A stretch of 64,000 nt of DNA from Chrysomallon squamiferum (taxonomy: Eukaryota; Animalia; Mollusca). Shown here piece after piece: positions 1 to 14,090 of the stretch. A program made the translations under genes and the position numbers. Each line of letters begins with the position of its first letter. The first letter of the stretch is position 1. The DNA is taken from the NCBI GenBank assembly GCA_012295275.1, contig CM022670.1, forward strand, positions 1,674,001-1,738,000. Direction: 5' to 3'. The notes below the pieces were generated by a model, which was not told the origin of the DNA, did not search any database, and saw nothing but the letters and a program-made list of their open reading frames with translations.

Positions 1-299
1 TAGTTTATAAAAATGTATAAAACAAATATTTACTAAGAATAAATTGGTTAAATTTATATGAATCTGAAAATCTGTATTTGTACTTCATATTTTATTAGTT
101 ACTCCATAGTTAACCAAATTCTTCTGAATCTGTTTAAAGATATTTTTATAGTTAAATAGTTGATTGTTATATATTTTGAGTTAAATTCGTTGATAGTTGT
201 TATTAATGATTATTGGGAGTTTTTGTGTTAAGACTTCATGGATGAACACACATTTAATCAAGCGTTCATTATTATTTGAGCAATAACGAATTTCACTGA

Positions 300-565
300 T
301 AATGACGTCATAACTGATTTCATTGCCCTGAGTTTACTGACCAATCTTGGGTCACTATCTAGCACTGTTCAATACCAGTTAGTCAAGTACAGAACTGTCG
401 GCCATGTTTAATTGGCTTGTGTAGGACGAAGCAACGTAGGATGTATTGATGCCAGAGCCTGTTTACATCTCACTAGTGTTAATTCCGTTGGGCATTCTGG
501 GATATATCGGTATTTTTAGTGAATGAATGAATGAATGATAGTGAAATTCTGAATTGGATTCTAAG
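300..565 (+). promoter_or_regulatory. Probable Rab3 promoter and non-coding first exon
   Basis: Perfect CRE palindrome TGACGTCA at 303-310, CCAAT at 341-345, and a local CpG-richer patch. Candidate donor AAG|gtaaaa at 565/566. The ATG at 2991 directly follows an acceptor AG, so an upstream exon is required. Confidence 0.5.
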
Positions 566-604
566 GTAAAAACTATTAATTAAACTTAATTATTCTTTAT
601 TTGA

Positions 605-636
<32 letters not shown>

Positions 637-2990
637 CATATATCAGAACGCATGTATGTTTCTTGTTTCATTATTGGAGTTAATGTATTGTTAATATTGT
701 CATCTGGCCTAGATTTATAGTAAAATTTATTTGACACTCTGATGATACACAGCTGTTGTGGCATTATATTGTCGTTATTTCTAGCCAGTTTATCAAAAGA
801 CGGTAAAGAATTCTGTTTGTATACAGGAAAGTACAAACATACTCACTGCCATTGTAACAAATAGTCTTTCTGGTATCAGATGGCTGAATGTCCTTTTTCA
901 GTTATGTTAATTAAAATTTTTATATGTTATAATATTTTTGTCTATATTCATATTCTTAACTGAAGCTATATAAATCTGTTGGAAGTTAAGCATATTGTTC
1001 AAGAAAGATAAGTTGTGAAACTGAAAATGATAAAAGCTATCTTAAGTGTTTGCTTAATGACAAATTTCAGCTCACTTCAGCTAAAATTGTAAGAAATTAA
1101 TTTGTAATTATTTAATTTATTTGAATTTTTATCATTTTGCAAATAATTAAACATAAGATAAATACTGGTTAAAAAAAGATATATGTAGAAAAAAGTGAAT
1201 GTAGTAAAAATTGTCCTGAAATCAGTACATTTACTGAATCCATAATAATTTTTTGTTAGCTTATGTTGGCTTTGTTCTTTTTATGTTACTTAATGGATAC
1301 AAAATAATTTGTTTTGAATGATACTAAATTTTAGTCTATGAGAAAAACAACAACTGTGCAGTGAAATACTTTCTGTTGATAGTAATGAATGTTAATTATC
1401 CCTCCCACTGCCTCATAACCCAGTGACATTTTATGTTTGTGTTGAGTTTGTAAGCGACAGCTGTTGGTACTGAAAGCATTTTATAATAGAATGTATATGC
1501 ATAAATAGGTTTTTATTTATATTTATCAGAAGGTACTTCAAAAATCAATACTATTGAAGCACTAGGTGCAGCATAAGCAGATATCAGATAGTTTCACATT
1601 TCAAACCCATTTTTATTAACCAGTCTTTCAGTTGTGTGATGTTGAGGAGCTGAATGCTAAAAGCAGCATTTTATTTCTAAATGACAATAATTATTTTTTC
1701 ATCAGAACTGTAAAAAAGATTTTTAGATATCTTATGTCATCTGGATATGTTTAAATACTAAGCTGTAAGTATTTTTACATTTAATTATGCGGATGCGAGA
1801 AATAATGTAATTATCAACATCAGTAACAGAGGAAGAGGAGCAGAATAAGAATTGAGCTCTACTTATTAAATTAAAACATTTTTTGTTACATAATTTTACA
1901 AATGATCTGTTGTTGTTTTTGTTTTTTTAATGTTCTGGACTGGAGTTCCAGAATTACTAGTGAATGACTTTTCATTCTGTTGATTGTTATTGCATTATTA
2001 ATAATTGGTTGACCATTGATTGTTGAGAATGTAAAAATAAACTGAAATTGATTTTATTTGTAACACTAATAGATAAGTTAATTGTAAGTTAAACAAATCC
2101 ATATCCATATTCATTATTTAAGATGCCATTTAAACCCTTTGTAATTATATCTGGAAGATTAGGAATTGGTTGATTTTCCAATAAATGACAAATAAATAAA
2201 TAATTACTGTTTTGTTAGATAGTTGTATTTGCCGTCATTTTATATATAAATTTCAGATACATTCTTTTATGATTTTTATATAAAATATACTGTGTGGAAC
2301 TTGGAATTTGTGAATGCTAAAATCAGATGTCAGTTATAACACTTGTTAAATTATTTATCATATCCTTTGCTATCCAAAAGCTATGTGCAACATTCTGCAG
2401 ACAATGGTTCTCAAGTGAGTTGCATGATGGTAACTCAATAAAGTCTTGCTTATCGGCATGGTAATTACATCAGCTTTTGTATTAATGTTTTAAAAGACTT
2501 GATTTAGATATAGAGATTGGTCAGATACTGCAGGGCAAGGATTTCTTTAATGTATCTGACTTCTTTCTGAAGTCTTTATGCTTATTGTTGAATACCTGTA
2601 TAAATACTATATTAATAGGCATTGATATAATGAAATTTGAGTGGGTTTTTGAAAATTGTGGCTAAATTTTGTTAATCATAAAAATTAATGGTGTCTCAAA
2701 AGTGATATACTAAAGGTTTGTTGAAAAAAGATTTTAGTGTCTTGATGAACTTTGAAATTCTGTGATGGAAGAATTGACTGTTTGTTTTAAAATAAGATGG
2801 TTATTATATTATGTTTTTGACTTTGTGGAAAAAGGTCATTTTTGATAATCAGACATAAATGAAATTGTGAAAAGAGAAAAACAATCCCAGAATAAACAGC
2901 AGTTAATTGTTTTGCATTTAATAAACTGCTTTTCAAACATTTTTCTAACAAAATATAAATTTATATATTTCTTCTTCTTTTTTCTCACAG

Positions 2991-5900
2991 ATGGCCTCAG
3001 CAACCAACGACTCGAAATGGCAGAAAGACGCAGCCGACCAGAACTTCGACTATATGTTCAAATTGTTAATAATAGGGAACAGTTCTGTTGGTAAAACGTC
3101 CTTCCTGTTCCGCTATGCTGACGATTCCTTCACATCAGCCTTTGTTAGCACAGTGGGCATAGACTTCAAGGTGAAGACAGTGTTTAGACAGGATAAAAGA
3201 GTCAAACTACAAATATGGGTAAGTCAACAATGCCATTAAAACAAATAACTAATTCTGTAGAATTTGAGAAAGCTGTAAGCAAGAAGCAGAACCATGAGCA
3301 CTTACTTGAACTCAGAATGGTTGCAGCTTCAGTCCTAATTTGTGTGTCTGTTGGGATGTTACTAAATGCTAAACACTTGAATGATCAGTGGTCTTGGTAT
3401 ATACTTTTTTATTTAGGTATAATGCATGTGAAAGATAAAATTTAAAAAAAAGAATGTTTTTTCTAAGACTATGAGTTAGAACTATTAAATGTGTTAACAT
3501 TGAAATATTGATCAGAAAGAAATCGTTGATTTGTTCTAGTGTTGATTTAAAGAAAGAAAAAAAAAATCTCTCGTACACGATCTATTTTGCTTGAATAAAT
3601 TCAGCTAGACCAGAGGAAGTATCTTGTCAGGCTTGAGAACTCCAACCCTTAAGCTAGTGGTTGAATCTACCAGGAACATGCCTTTGGGTATTACTTGATT
3701 GAAATATTCGATAAAGCAAATAGCTGTGCTGTGTAACAATGCTTCAGCCATGAAATTGTATTGATTGCAGTTGTTCCATGTATATAAATAACGAGACAAA
3801 GTCTGGGATTCTCAGAAGTGATTTGTCTCTTGTTTCAGATCTATTAGCTTCAGTTTTTAGCTATTTCAGACTTGTTGAACCAGTCCAATTGCAAAATAAG
3901 AATCTTTGAATAATAAATAATTCATTCACAATTTGTGTACTTAGAAACAGTAGCTGAAGGTCAATACAAACATTAATCTTGCATCGTTCAATTGTTTTGA
4001 AACATATTTGCTTATCTGATTAATTATTAAACATCAACTTCTAATATTAAATGAAACATAAAAGAAGTTCGGAAGAGAAATACTACAAATACTGCTATAA
4101 TAAGCTGAAAATCATTTTAATTTGCTGTATGCAAAATATATAAATTGAAACAATGTTTTTTTTTGTTTTTTTTAATAATTATTTTTTAAAACAAGGAAGA
4201 AAATTTCATTTCTGTTATTTATTTATTTATTTTTTTGTATCATAACAGATACTTGACTGTAAAAAAATTAACATTAAAACAGAAAAATAGTTGCAGAAAT
4301 TGATAATATTGAATCTTGACTGAATATCAGTTGTGCCATTAAAAGAGCATGATAAAATGTCTTGAGAAAAGTAATACAAATGGCTGTTTAAAAATAGCTG
4401 TTTATCCCAGATGGAATAAGCCTCTTATGGATTCTATACTGGCTTTGCTTTTGAGGCTGTGACATTTAATTCTGGATGTTTGAACAAATGACAAAGTCAT
4501 ATGGCAACTTGCCAGTTGTTACAAAGCATGGAAAACATGGTATCTGGATTAGGTGCAGTATCTCCATTACTTCATTTTCTGATGGCAAATAATCACAGAA
4601 GCCCACATGTTGAGGGAGGGAATCAAAATATGGTTGGAGGTGGATTTTATTATGCATGGAAGTATTACTTTTGGGCATGTTACTTCTAATAAATTTCTTT
4701 TTTCATTGATCCATGTTGTTCAAGATTTGTCAGTACAAAATGCTTGTGACCTTCTACTGTCTTAGTAATGAAATTGTATAGCAGTGGTTGGTTAAATTTC
4801 AATGAGCCAAATTTGGAAACTTTAAGTGAATTAGAGCTGAATTAATCCCCCCAAAATAATATATATATATATATTTGAAAAGAAGTTATTGACCAAAACA
4901 CAGTAAATATTGATAATTTATTCTTGTCAGCTGCTCACTGTCATCATATTTTTAAAGATTAATTTGTTTTCATATAAACATTTTATGTAACTGTTAATGT
5001 GTATTATTCAGTTACTTGTTTGTTTATTTATAATAAATAGTCCTAAATACAAAATGTTCAAAAAATATATACAAACTGGACTGTCATAATGATACTTTTA
5101 TTATAAGTGTATCTCTGACAACAAATGAATACCAGTATCGTTTTATTTCTTTTTTTTAATATTTTTTATTTCCAGCAGGAAAAACCCATTCCCATTACTA
5201 TCATTTTACAATAGCAATAATATAGACCTTGTTACACAGTGTATAGATACCAGGAAATACCTATTTGTTTAATTAACTTTTTGTACAACTGTGTTCCACT
5301 TCCCACAGAAAAACAAACATTAAAAATTATATCATATATTAATTTAACAGTTCTTGTTATTGTTTTGTTATTAAATTAACACTGTAGTTTGTTACAGTTA
5401 GTAAGAACTAAAACCATGATACAAAACAGAAACAATTAACTTGTTTTTTTTCATTTAAAATTATTGCTTACTATTCACTGCAGGAAAGCTTAGAATTTAA
5501 AAAGAAATAGGGGTATCATTTCTTTATGTTCAGTATGAGTTGAGTGGGGGAAATGTAAATGCTAGTAACTAACCTGTTTTTCATTGATTTCATAAGTCAT
5601 TGAACCCAATCCCACTGGATTACCTGAGCAATAGAATGTTAGTATAATCATTGATTATTAACCTTATCTTACTATTTTGTGTATGTGGTTAATAGAAAAA
5701 GAAAAAATTAGAAAAAAAAGAAGAAATGTGTTGATCTTGAATTTAAATATCAATGTTACTCTTAGTGTTGATCTTGAATTTAAATATCAATGTTACTCTT
5801 AGTGTTGAAAGGTTTTCATTATTTTTAAATAGCAAAAAACAGTTTGAAAAAAATGAATAAAATCATAAATCTATCTCTTTTCCAATAGCTTTTCTTTGCT

Positions 5901-6045
5901 TCTTCTCTGTTCTTATTGTATGTAATCTGAATATTAATTTACTTGTATAAATGACAGTTTAAATTATTTTAGCCTTCAGAGATAAGAACATGGAATTCAT
6001 CATCAGCATTCTATTTAGTTTAAAATAATAATAAAATTTAAAAAC

Positions 6046-6092
<47 letters not shown>

Positions 6093-7628
6093 AAAAAAAA
6101 TAATTGTGATACAAGTAATGATTATAATTTTAGTTTTTTGCAAATTGTTTTATTAAAGCAAAAAACAATGATTAATAAAACTATTGCCATTAAGTTCAAC
6201 ACAATTTTGTTGTTAGTTAAGGTCAATAGCTCTCCATGTGGAAATACCATTGAAATTGGTTTAACATGTATGTCATCATTTCAAAAATTCATGTGAAGAG
6301 CATCAATAATATCAATTATTTAACAAATGTAAAGTTGACTAAGTGTAGAGAAGTTTCCAGTTTGTGTACAGGTCATTTATCAGTGTTTGAAGACTGGTTC
6401 AGTATGATGGTTAAAGACAAGTTCTGAGGACTTGTCTGATCTGTCATGGCTGCAGTGACATGGCTTGTTGTGTTCTGATTTAGTAGAAAGTCTGTACCAG
6501 TCACTGCCAGTGTAATCTCACCAGCTGAATATTCATTTAAGAAAACAATTGGTAAAAGAAATTTTAATGTAAATAAAATATTCATTAACGATTTTAATTT
6601 GAATTTCTAAACATGTCATATACCAGGATCTAAATGAACAACAGATTTATGAAATTCTGTTCCAAATTTTAAAATGCGTACATTTTGTTTTTACATCATA
6701 TTATAATGTCAGAATAATTTTGTATATAATAATGTTTTATTGTCATATTTAGTCATGTAATATTATTTTATTATATTTTTTTATCTTCTAACTGGAGCAA
6801 AGACGTCATAAAATGAAGGTTTTAAATTAAAAGGATTTATTTGCTCTTGTTATTTCGTCTGCTGTGTACTTGGGATAAGTGTTATTTTCAGTCTATGTAA
6901 TATCTCAAGTTGTAAAATGTCATCAAGACACCGTGTGTGTACAGGTAACAGCTGATACCTGTAGATTAAAATAAATTAAAATATACCATTGCATAATACC
7001 TTGGAGAAAATGTTATTAATGATATAATTTAAATTTGGTATTGGAAAATGTGATATGATGCTCTACTTGATCTGTTTATTACTGAATGCATTGTTACTGC
7101 TAATGTGCTCACCATAGGCATACAGGAAGGTGACATCATAACTGCTGCAGCATTTACTGGAGGTATTCAAAGGGTTAGCTTAATAACCTGTATATGGATC
7201 ATTTTATTTGACTGAATAGGTAGCACCTTCAATTTGGGGTTTGCTTTGTTCCATTTTTTATGTAATTAAAAAATATTTCTCCTTAAGAATATTTAATAAA
7301 GAATATTTAATAAAATCTGGAGTTTAATGTATTTCTGTGACTTTTATGCATTAAGTGTTTGTTGATTATCTGGTGTTTCTGCATTCTTTGTTATGATTGA
7401 AAACACCTGGTACATATGACAGCTGATGTTTTAAACACTTGAACAAAGTGCTAATCAAGCTCTGTCATGGACCTTCTGTTTGTTTTTTATTTGCTGATTC
7501 ATCAGGCTGCTTTAAATGTATTACACAATGCATCTCTTATACTGCAAATTATCAGAAGCCATGAATTAAATAAAACATTTCCATGAGAGAGAGAGGGGGA
7601 GAAAGAGAGGGGGAGAGAGAGAAAGATA

Positions 7629-7660
<32 letters not shown>

Positions 7661-10600
7661 TAGAGAGAGAGATTAATTTATGACAATTTTTAAAAGAAAA
7701 ACAACTGCATTTAGTTTAAATTCCTTTTGGTGAAATATATTTGAAAAAATGTATTACAACTGCAGTAAATAGTTAGCTGAAATAAACTAATGAAATAAAT
7801 ACATTTTTAGATTTTATTTGAGCTACAAGTAAATATATTCTATGAATTAAAGGAAAATAACAACAACAGCATTCTCAAAACCATGTGGATACCTTCTGGG
7901 TTTTTTGTATTTGCTTGTGTCCCATTATCTTTCCTGAAATTCTAAATATTAAATATATGCAATTTTTAATATTATTATTATTTTTTTTTCAATATTAATA
8001 TAGATTTAAATAAAATATTTTTATTTACAGGACACAGCTGGCCAGGAACGATACAGGACAATAACAACAGCATACTACAGAGGTGCCATGGGTTTTATAC
8101 TTATGTATGATGTAACCAATGAAGAATCTTTTAATGCAGTTCAAGACTGGTACGTTATTTAATGTTGATATATTAAACTTAGTTTTGATATGTACATTAA
8201 AATAGCTTACTTACTCTCACAGTTAATCTAAATGGTACAGAATAGATTTTAAAATATAACAATCAATTTTCCCAAATAAAATGAAAATGTTGTACTACTA
8301 AGTCAAAAATATTTCAATGACAGGAGTTGTGGCATTTTTTAATTTTATTTTTTTTAATAATCCTACATTTTTAAGAACTTGAAAAATTATAAAAATATTT
8401 TAAAAATTATTTTTTAATTTTATTTATTTATTTATTTATCAATTGGTAGCCTTTTTAATTTGTAGTTTTTCCAATCCAATCCATGTAGGAATTATCCTTA
8501 TTTATGGAACATGGTAAAACTTGAGTTTTTTTGTTTTTTTTTCCTGGTTTTATTGAAAAGTGGACTCAAGTGAGTAAACCACATCCTAAAACAAAATTGA
8601 TAACTATACGGTTTTCCTATGTCCCTTGGCTTTTAGACATTAATAACTGGAAACCAGGTTTTCACAAATTTTTATAAGATACTTTCTTTTGGGAATGAGT
8701 TATGTTGCAAGTTCCAATCTAGACAGCTTTTTCTGACCATAGAGAGAGTTTTTCCAATTTTAATTACCAAAGTTTTGTCTGTGGGAAAGTATATGTAGAG
8801 AAAAGTCTTTTGTTATTGACTTTAAATTCTTGTGTATATGCTTTCTATATGATGAATAATCATACAGAGAATTGCTACAGAATTGTTTAAGCAAAAAAAA
8901 TTAAAAAATTAAAATTAAAATAACAATAAAAATTCAATAGTAATGATAATTAAACAAAATAAATTAAAAAAACATTAATGAACTGTTAGTTATTTTACTT
9001 TATTTTGATCTGTCACTACTTGAAAAAAAGCATTTACTAATATTTTTATTTTGAACATAACCTTTCTACTTAATTAATGATAATTGTTTAGCATGTGCTT
9101 AGAATTATTTATTGGCAGCATTACCAATTTTATTTTCCTAGCTTATAATTTCTACAGATTCCTCTATCAAATATCCCACCCTTTTTTCCTAAATATTTAC
9201 TAATAATAATTTACATGTTTGCATGGGAAGGTCTAAATATGGGACTATAGCTATTAACTACAAATAGTTTCCCCTTTTTCATATTTCCAACATTTTATTT
9301 TCTTTTGTAAAAGACAGTTATTACTGTATATGACATGCCATGGTTATTAATAATAATTATAATTCCAATTTGTCTGTAATGTTATACCAGCTGTGTATAT
9401 ACATAAGACAAATGAAAGTAATTACAAAAGACATGCCATAGTTATTAATAAGCCTGGATCCAGACAGTGATACTGTGTGGGAAGGGATAAACTAAATCTG
9501 CCAATAACCACAAAAGATTTGCCATGCTTATTTATAATGCAGCTTGTTTCTGCCCACTGTTTTTCACAGTATTTCACACTTGGCTTGGACTACAGCCAAA
9601 TAATTCAGTAATTAAGTTGTTTTTTCTTCATGTGTGTTATTCATGTGAATTGGTATTGTGGTATCCAGTAATAAAAATTAGAAATAAAAGAGCAAAGTTT
9701 AACAGTGTATTCAGTAACATTAGTAATTATATTTGCACTTGATTAAGTAATTTTATATTTTTGTCAGCATACATTTCTCATTACATCATATTTGTAAAGA
9801 ATAATGTTAATCCTGGCCAGTGGTTACGGGCTTTGCAACTAGTCATTATATCATTCTGTTTGCATAATATATTTTAATAATTTCAAAAACATTAACACAC
9901 ACACACATAAATATAAACTTTACTTTTAATTATATGATGTTACTTGCAACAAATAGCATTTAAATATAATTTAATTTAGAACCTGATAAATGTAATTAAT
10001 TTTAAATTCTAATTTTATCTAGGGGTGGTGGTGAAAAAAAAACATTTTTATTCTTTGTATTTATTATAATGAACGAAACAAAATAATTAAGTCAGTAAAT
10101 AAATAAATAAAAAAATAAAAATAGAAGAGGCTAAAAATAGATTACTTAAATAGGATTGTTATTGGTTTGGCACGGAAGTATGTAATTGATCTGAGTTGGC
10201 CCAAGTAATTTCAAATTTCCTTTTCTATGATTTAAACAGTTAAAATTGATTTTACAAACTGTCTGTTTTTATACTAACTTAGCCCTAAATGTTTCAACCA
10301 CTTGTCCATATCATGTTTATCAGGATAAAAGATGAAATTTTTGTGTAGGAATTTTTCTGATAATGGTTGACTTTATTACTTTGGAAATGTATAATTTCAT
10401 CTAAATATTTTCTTTTCACTTTGGTTTGAGGGTAAAATCCTTTTTTATTTCTTATTTAGTAGAAAGTTATGAAGGCATGTGAATTTGCTTCTTGGAAGTA
10501 ATTTAATTGCAAAGGGCCTTATAGATACTTTCCCACAGACAAGACTAACTTGAGTTCAGTCCACTCTGACCAGTTAAGAAAAATAGTATCCTTTTAAACC

Positions 10601-13253
10601 AGTAGAATAACTATAGATTATAATTTGTTAATTCATAAATAATTTTTTTGAAAGATACCATATCCACTAATGTGCAGCTGTGTTGGGATAAAAAAAATAT
10701 TTATTTCTTTTTTCATACATTTTTGTTATAATTTCATTTTTTTTTTTTTTTTAGTCTTTTTTTTTTTTTCAGATTTTAGTGACATTTTGTCAGTTGTATG
10801 TCATCATAAATATATCATCATATACATTTATTTATATTTTGACAGGTGCACTCAAATCAAGACATATTCTTGGGATAATGCCCAGGTTGTATTAGTTGGC
10901 AACAAATGTGATTTGGAAGATGAACGTGTGGTGTCCACTGAGCGAGGCAAACAGCTTGCAGACCAGCTAGGTACATTATACAAAAACAGCACTTTGTCAC
11001 AATAGTTCATACTGGTATCTTATTTCCTGCATCAAGAATTTGTACATACACTTTGGCTGAAATAATGATAATTTTTAATAAATAAGAGCATTTGTTACTG
11101 CTGTTAATATAGTCAGCATATATAAGTAATGTTAACTGGAACATAGTCAAACTCTCATTTTTATATTTTTTGCAAGTAGTTATTTTCATTTCCTTAATGA
11201 AACTTGTTTTATAAAATACCTACATGATGTAGATTTGCATGTTTCAAACAAAAATGAACTGTCAGATATATTGGTGGCTTTAGAATAAAAGGTTTATAGT
11301 AAAAATTCATTATGTCTCCTGTAGTTCAAGTAAAATGTATTCATTGTCTTGTCCATTCAGTTGAATGGTACTTCAGGAAAATATAATTGTATTAATTTCC
11401 CATTAATTCACACACTCGGTTCTTAGTTGCATTTATTAAATAATAGCTAGTACTTCAGTAACTTGATTGTGTATGTGTGTGTGTTTGTGTGTGTGTGTAT
11501 GTGAATAATTTTATGAATATTAGATGTATGTGATCATTTTTAAGCTGGTAAAAGTGAATTAGCTTTGTTTCCAATTTTCATTATTGTTTAGAAAAAAAAT
11601 GAAGAGAAATTTAACAGAGCAGCACATAAACAAACTAGTCGGAGATAGTATTTCTGTGTTAGTCCATTTTCCAAAACCAGCACTGATTAAAATTGATAAG
11701 TTAAAGCTTGAATTGAATCTAATAGATGTAAATTAGGGCAAATTTTAATTATTAACCACTATTATTCACATAAAGCTCTAAGGTATATTGTTCTGAATAA
11801 CATAATTTTGATTTATATTCAGGTGTAAAACTACATGTAAAAGTGGGAAGTAATTAACTGATATTTAAGTTTGTTATATTTAAATAATAATTACATTAAT
11901 TATCTCAACAATAAACATGTTCATATATTTTCTTGACATAATGTTTTTTATTTGATTTTAATTCCTAATTTTTTATTGGTATCCATTTTGTTAATGTTTG
12001 TTTGAATTATATGTAAAGTATGGAAGTTTTTTTGAAAATAACTGTTTTGTTATATATTTACAAAGACACAAAATATCATGATATTTTAGGATTTTATAAT
12101 GTGCACACGCATGTTTCAAAATAACAGCATAATTATATAAATTATGATAATACATTTCCTGTTGATAATGGCATTAATGAGATCTTGCTGACATATTTAC
12201 TCATATTCACACGAAGTCTGGATTACTGTTTGCATAGCACATACCGAGTATCACTTGAAATAATTGGATTATTTGCCAGTCACTAATGACAGCAGTGATG
12301 TTGACTAAACATAATCAGATACCTTTGTCTGCAGTGACTCTCATGGAAACCTAAAATTAGTATGGATTTCCTCACGCTTAAGAGAAAGTACTTATCAGCT
12401 TTCAGCCTTGCTTGTTGTTTTTTTCATGTAATGGACACTTATTTCGAGAATGAGGGAATTTGACAGATTGTCTTATTGTTGAACAGATGTCATAAATGAG
12501 AATATATACCATAACTTTATACCAAATAAATGGATATGAATTTTAATTAAAATTTGTGCCATTATAATTATTTAACAAAAAATGCTGTAATGCAGTTAAG
12601 ATCATTCAAAAAGGTTTTGTTATGAAGATTTATCAATGCTTTTGTTAACTACTTAATTTTTTTATTCAGAAAAAAACATTAGCATAGAAATCTTTATAAA
12701 GATTTATTGATAATGTTTTGTCAGTTAAGAAACTCATATGCAACTAAAGGACATGTTATCTTTATATGCCCAGTATATTTTTAGAAAATTATTATTATTA
12801 TTTTTTTTTAAGTTATTTTGAATGTTTGTGTGTATTTGAACGTTTGATTGACAATCATTAACAAGACTTTCTTTGCAGTTTATTACTACTACTAACAATA
12901 ACAACAGTAATAATAATAACCATACTACTGTTACTACTACTACTACTAATAATAATGATAATAATGATAATAATAACCATAATAATGAAAATAATAATAA
13001 AACATTTCATTAACATGATGTAAACCTCTTTTTTTTTTTTTTTTCTAACCCATATTTTTCAGGTTTGGAATTTTTTGAGACGTCTGCCAAAGAGAATATA
13101 AATGTAAAAGCCGTCTTCGAGCGACTCGTTGACATCATTTGTGACAAGATGTCCGAGAGTCTGGATTCTGACCCCACCCTTGTCAGCAGTCAGACGAAAG
13201 CTACCCGACTAACCGAGAACCCCAACCCGCAGGGCAGTAACTGCCAGTGCTGA
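2991..13253 (+). CDS. RAB3: Ras-related protein Rab-3, 220 aa, 4 coding exons: 2991-3218, 8031-8149, 10846-10970, 13063-13253
   Basis: All introns are GT-AG and the phases join (228+119+125+191=663 nt). Motifs: [10 protein letters not shown]-loop, FVSTVGIDF effector loop, [29 protein letters not shown]. Rab3-type N-terminus (DQNFDYMFK) and C-terminal CQC prenylation motif. Confidence 0.97.
5728..5808. repeat. 37-bp tandem duplication (2.2 copies)
   Basis: GTGTTGATCTTGAATTTAAATATCAATGTTACTCTTA starts at 5728 and 5765, with a partial copy at 5802. Confidence 0.9.
7584..7672. repeat. (GA)n-rich microsatellite
   Basis: Interrupted GA repeat. Confidence 0.9.
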
Positions 13254-13550
13254 TGACCCGAGGCCAGTGCATCTATCAGGGGGAGATAACTTGTGTACTC
13301 TGTGTAGTCAAAGCTCTTAGTGGCTTAGAACTGCTGAATATCTTAACAGTGATTGAGTCTGCTCATGTTTGAAAGCAGTGATTTCTTGAAACAGTATGTG
13401 GATCATGAGAATAGATTTTTAAAATGTTTTTTTTATATTTTTTTTTATTATTATTATTATCTCAAAACTCTCCTCTGATATTTGCATAAATTATGGAAAT
13501 GAGTTTGTCACAAGGACAGAGTGCACAGAGTTTTCTTGTATAGTATTTAA

Positions 13551-13635
13551 CCCATTCACCCCTGCAGATCATGTTAGATGAAGCCATTATTGTTCTGTTG
13601 GATTGTCTGATTTTTGAAATGCAGGGGTAAAAGGA
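13551..13635. mobile_element. ~85-bp piggyBac-like MITE remnant in the Rab3 3' UTR
   Basis: TTAA on both sides (13547-13550, 13636-13639). Terminal inverted repeat CCCATTCACCCCTGCA vs reverse complement TCCTTTTACCCCTGCA (13/16). Confidence 0.55.
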
Positions 13636-14059
13636 TTAAGAAACAAGGGTAGGTTAGATGACCACCCAATGAATTTGATGTAAAAAGTAAAAACTATATA
13701 TACATAATATAAATACATATACATATAGTAATAATCTGTAATTTTGAGTTAAAAAATAGATTTACAAACAACAAAAGAATAAGCTCTTATTCGTATAGTT
13801 TTGCTCAGATAAATTATTCTGTTTCTATTTTATTTTTTGCTTTATTATATTTTTTTTCTTCTGCAAGACAACAAAAATAGATAAATGCTCTAATAGTACT
13901 GTTTGTGTATCATTTCTTATTTTATGAAAATACATTAAAACTACTTGTTTAAATAAAGCTGAACTGTTTTTCTTGGTCATTGCTATTGTCATGTTACTAT
14001 CCAGATTGACAGCATTACCAAGAAGACAATACTTTTTCTCTTCTTTTTTAATTTTTAAT

Positions 14060-14090
<31 letters not shown>

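Noticed and set aside
4501-4689. 62-aa ATG-initiated ORF in Rab3 intron 1
   Set aside because: No recognisable domain and no convincing splice context; cannot be supported as coding.
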